Assembly (NCBI RefSeq): GCF_006345805.1
Contig: NW_021834274.1
Span: 1 to 50,801, forward strand
Length of the DNA: 50,801 bases
Reading direction: 5' to 3'
DNA from: Octopus sinensis
Lineage: Eukaryota
The translations under genes and the position numbers were made by a program. Below, in pieces: positions 48,956 to 50,801 of the stretch. Position 1 is the first letter of the stretch; every line of letters begins with the position of its first letter. The notes under the pieces were generated by a model. It ran no database searches, had not been told where the DNA came from, and saw nothing but the letters and a program-made list of their open reading frames with translations.

Positions 48956-49577
48956 ACATGGACATGGAACGAAAGTGTATACTCACACACACAGACACAC
49001 ATACACACATACACACACGTATACATACGCACACATAAATATATATGTACGATTATGTGTTGCATGATTCCTGATGTGAACGAGTGTGCTGAAACAGATG
49101 AGGATACATATCACAGAAAGACAAAATGAATTATACAGAACGACAGGAGACACATGGGATAACGAATCACTGAAGATGTCACAAGGATGTGTGAACGAAG
49201 ATCTTTGATATAGAAACTAAAATAATAATAATACAGCTGAAGTGAAGACCAAATATATAGTACTTGCCCCTAATTGGCAATATATGACCATCCACAAGTA
49301 TAACAATATATATATATATTATATATATATGCCATTCAGTTGGAGGATAAAATATACATGTTAAAAGACTTCATACTACGGTACCGGTTCCTTCTGTCAG
49401 ACAACACAACTGTGCTTTATATAATAAAATATGCAAGTATTTGACCGAGCTCAAGAGTCAAATAAGGAGCTGACATTGCATTACTAATGACTCTTTCAAT
49501 GGTCCTTTCAAGCAATGGCTTTGTTCGTGTCTACGAAAGCAGCTACCGTATACATACAAATATATATATATATATAC

Positions 49578-49804
49578 CGGAGTAAACACATAAATGTGAA
49601 ACAAGTTGGAAAAAAGAGTACTCAAATACCAGAGGTAGAGTAATACGCTTTATTTAAAAGCAGCAGAAATTTAACAAAAGCTATTACTCGGAGTTTCACG
49701 TTCCCGTTCGTCGGACAGTTTTGTTAAAAAAAAACTATCCGATGAGCAGGAACGTGAAACTCCGAGTAACAGCTTTTGTTAAATTCCTGTTGCCTTTAAA
49801 TAAA

Positions 49805-49805
<1 letters not shown>
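49578..49805. mobile_element. Penelope-LTR-like element with a 75-bp-arm palindrome, each arm carrying a hammerhead motif
   Basis: Arms 49648-49722 and 49731-49805 with 8 mismatches. Motifs at 49681-49718 (-) and 49735-49772 (+). (TA)n on both sides. Confidence 0.75.
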
Positions 49806-49885
<80 letters not shown>

Positions 49886-49937
49886 ATATATATATTATGT
49901 ATGTATGTATGTATGTATGTATGTATGTATTATACAC

Positions 49938-50156
49938 TTACTCTTTACTCTTCTACTCGTTTACTTGTTTCAGTCATTTGACTGCGGCCATGCTGGAGTA
50001 CCGCCTTTGGTCGAGCAAATCGACCCCGGGACTTAATCTTTGTAAGCCCAGTACTTATTCTATCGGTTTCTTTTGCCGAACCGCTAGCTGACGGGGACGT
50101 AAACACACCAGCACCGGTTGTCAAGCAATGCTAGAGGGACAAACACAGACACACAA

Positions 50157-50215
<59 letters not shown>

Positions 50216-50378
50216 CATATATACGACAGGCTTCTTTCAGTTTCCGTCTACAAAATCCACTCACAAGGCTTTGGTCGGCCCGAGGCTATAGCAGAAGTCA
50301 CTTGCCCAAGATGCCACATAGTAGGACTGAACCCGGAACCATGTGGTTGGTTAGCAAGCTACTTACCACACAGCCACT
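49938..50378 (-). mobile_element. SINE family A
   Basis: Near full-length reverse-complement copy. Confidence 0.92.
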
Positions 50379-50495
50379 ATGCAAGCAAAAATTATTGCTT
50401 GCATACAGTTTTTCGAGATCAGTGACGAAAAGTTACTGGAAAAACGATATAAGTATTTGCTTTGGAACACCTTTTCATCCAAATCCGATGATTGT

Positions 50496-50540
50496 CGTAC
50501 GCTGATGACAGGTCAAAATCTAGAAACTGCAGTCCGTGCG
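50496..50540 (+). ncRNA. Type-I hammerhead ribozyme motif with a canonical core
   Basis: CGTACG CTGATGA C AGGT CAAA ATCT A GAAAC TGCA GTC CGTGCG: 6-bp stem I, 4-bp stem II, palindromic ACTGCAGT stem III, GUC cleavage triplet. Confidence 0.75.
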
Positions 50541-50713
50541 TATAACTTAGGTTGACGAGGGAAAGGTGACCTCCCTTTGCAAATACCATAAGGGCACAGA
50601 AGGAGTGCCTAAAGCCAGCTGGAGACGATGTTCTCCTGGGGCCACAAGCTACAGTAACACCCACGCTTAGTGGTTCGCCATATTGAGATGGCACGTGTAC
50701 CTCACATATATGT

Positions 50714-50763
<50 letters not shown>

Positions 50764-50801
50764 ATATGTATGTGTGTGTGTATGTATGTATGTGTGTTTA
50801 T

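Noticed and set aside
50548-50620. HDV-like ribozyme (GG-P4 hairpin-CTAA)
   Set aside because: P4 and J4/2-like parts are present, but P1, P2 and P3/L3 could not be paired consistently.

Overview
This is AT-rich, repeat-saturated eukaryotic DNA. It is most likely an intergenic or intronic stretch of a coleoid cephalopod (Octopus-type) genome, which I infer from the SINE families and the extreme microsatellite load. I cannot support any intact host protein-coding gene, rRNA, true tRNA or CRISPR array, and nearly all listed ORFs are microsatellite translation artefacts. The window holds at least four tRNA-headed SINE families (labels A-E are my own working names), including a modular family B that occurs as monomers, dimers and a trimer. 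It also holds three 3' fragments of R4/Dong-type restriction-like-endonuclease LINEs beside (TAA)n arrays, two RTE-LINE relics (one split by a hAT-like MITE), a Helitron-like and a Helentron/HINE-like non-autonomous element, and several local tandem and inverted duplications. The most interesting signal is a set of short (about 200-270 bp) elements next to (TA)n arrays that carry minimal type-I hammerhead ribozyme motifs, resembling Penelope-like LTRs or retrozymes. These include one motif with a fully canonical core (50496-50540), a three-copy family with an A6U core change, and a 158-bp palindrome of two back-to-back hammerheads. All folds and identities were judged by eye and need computational and experimental confirmation.
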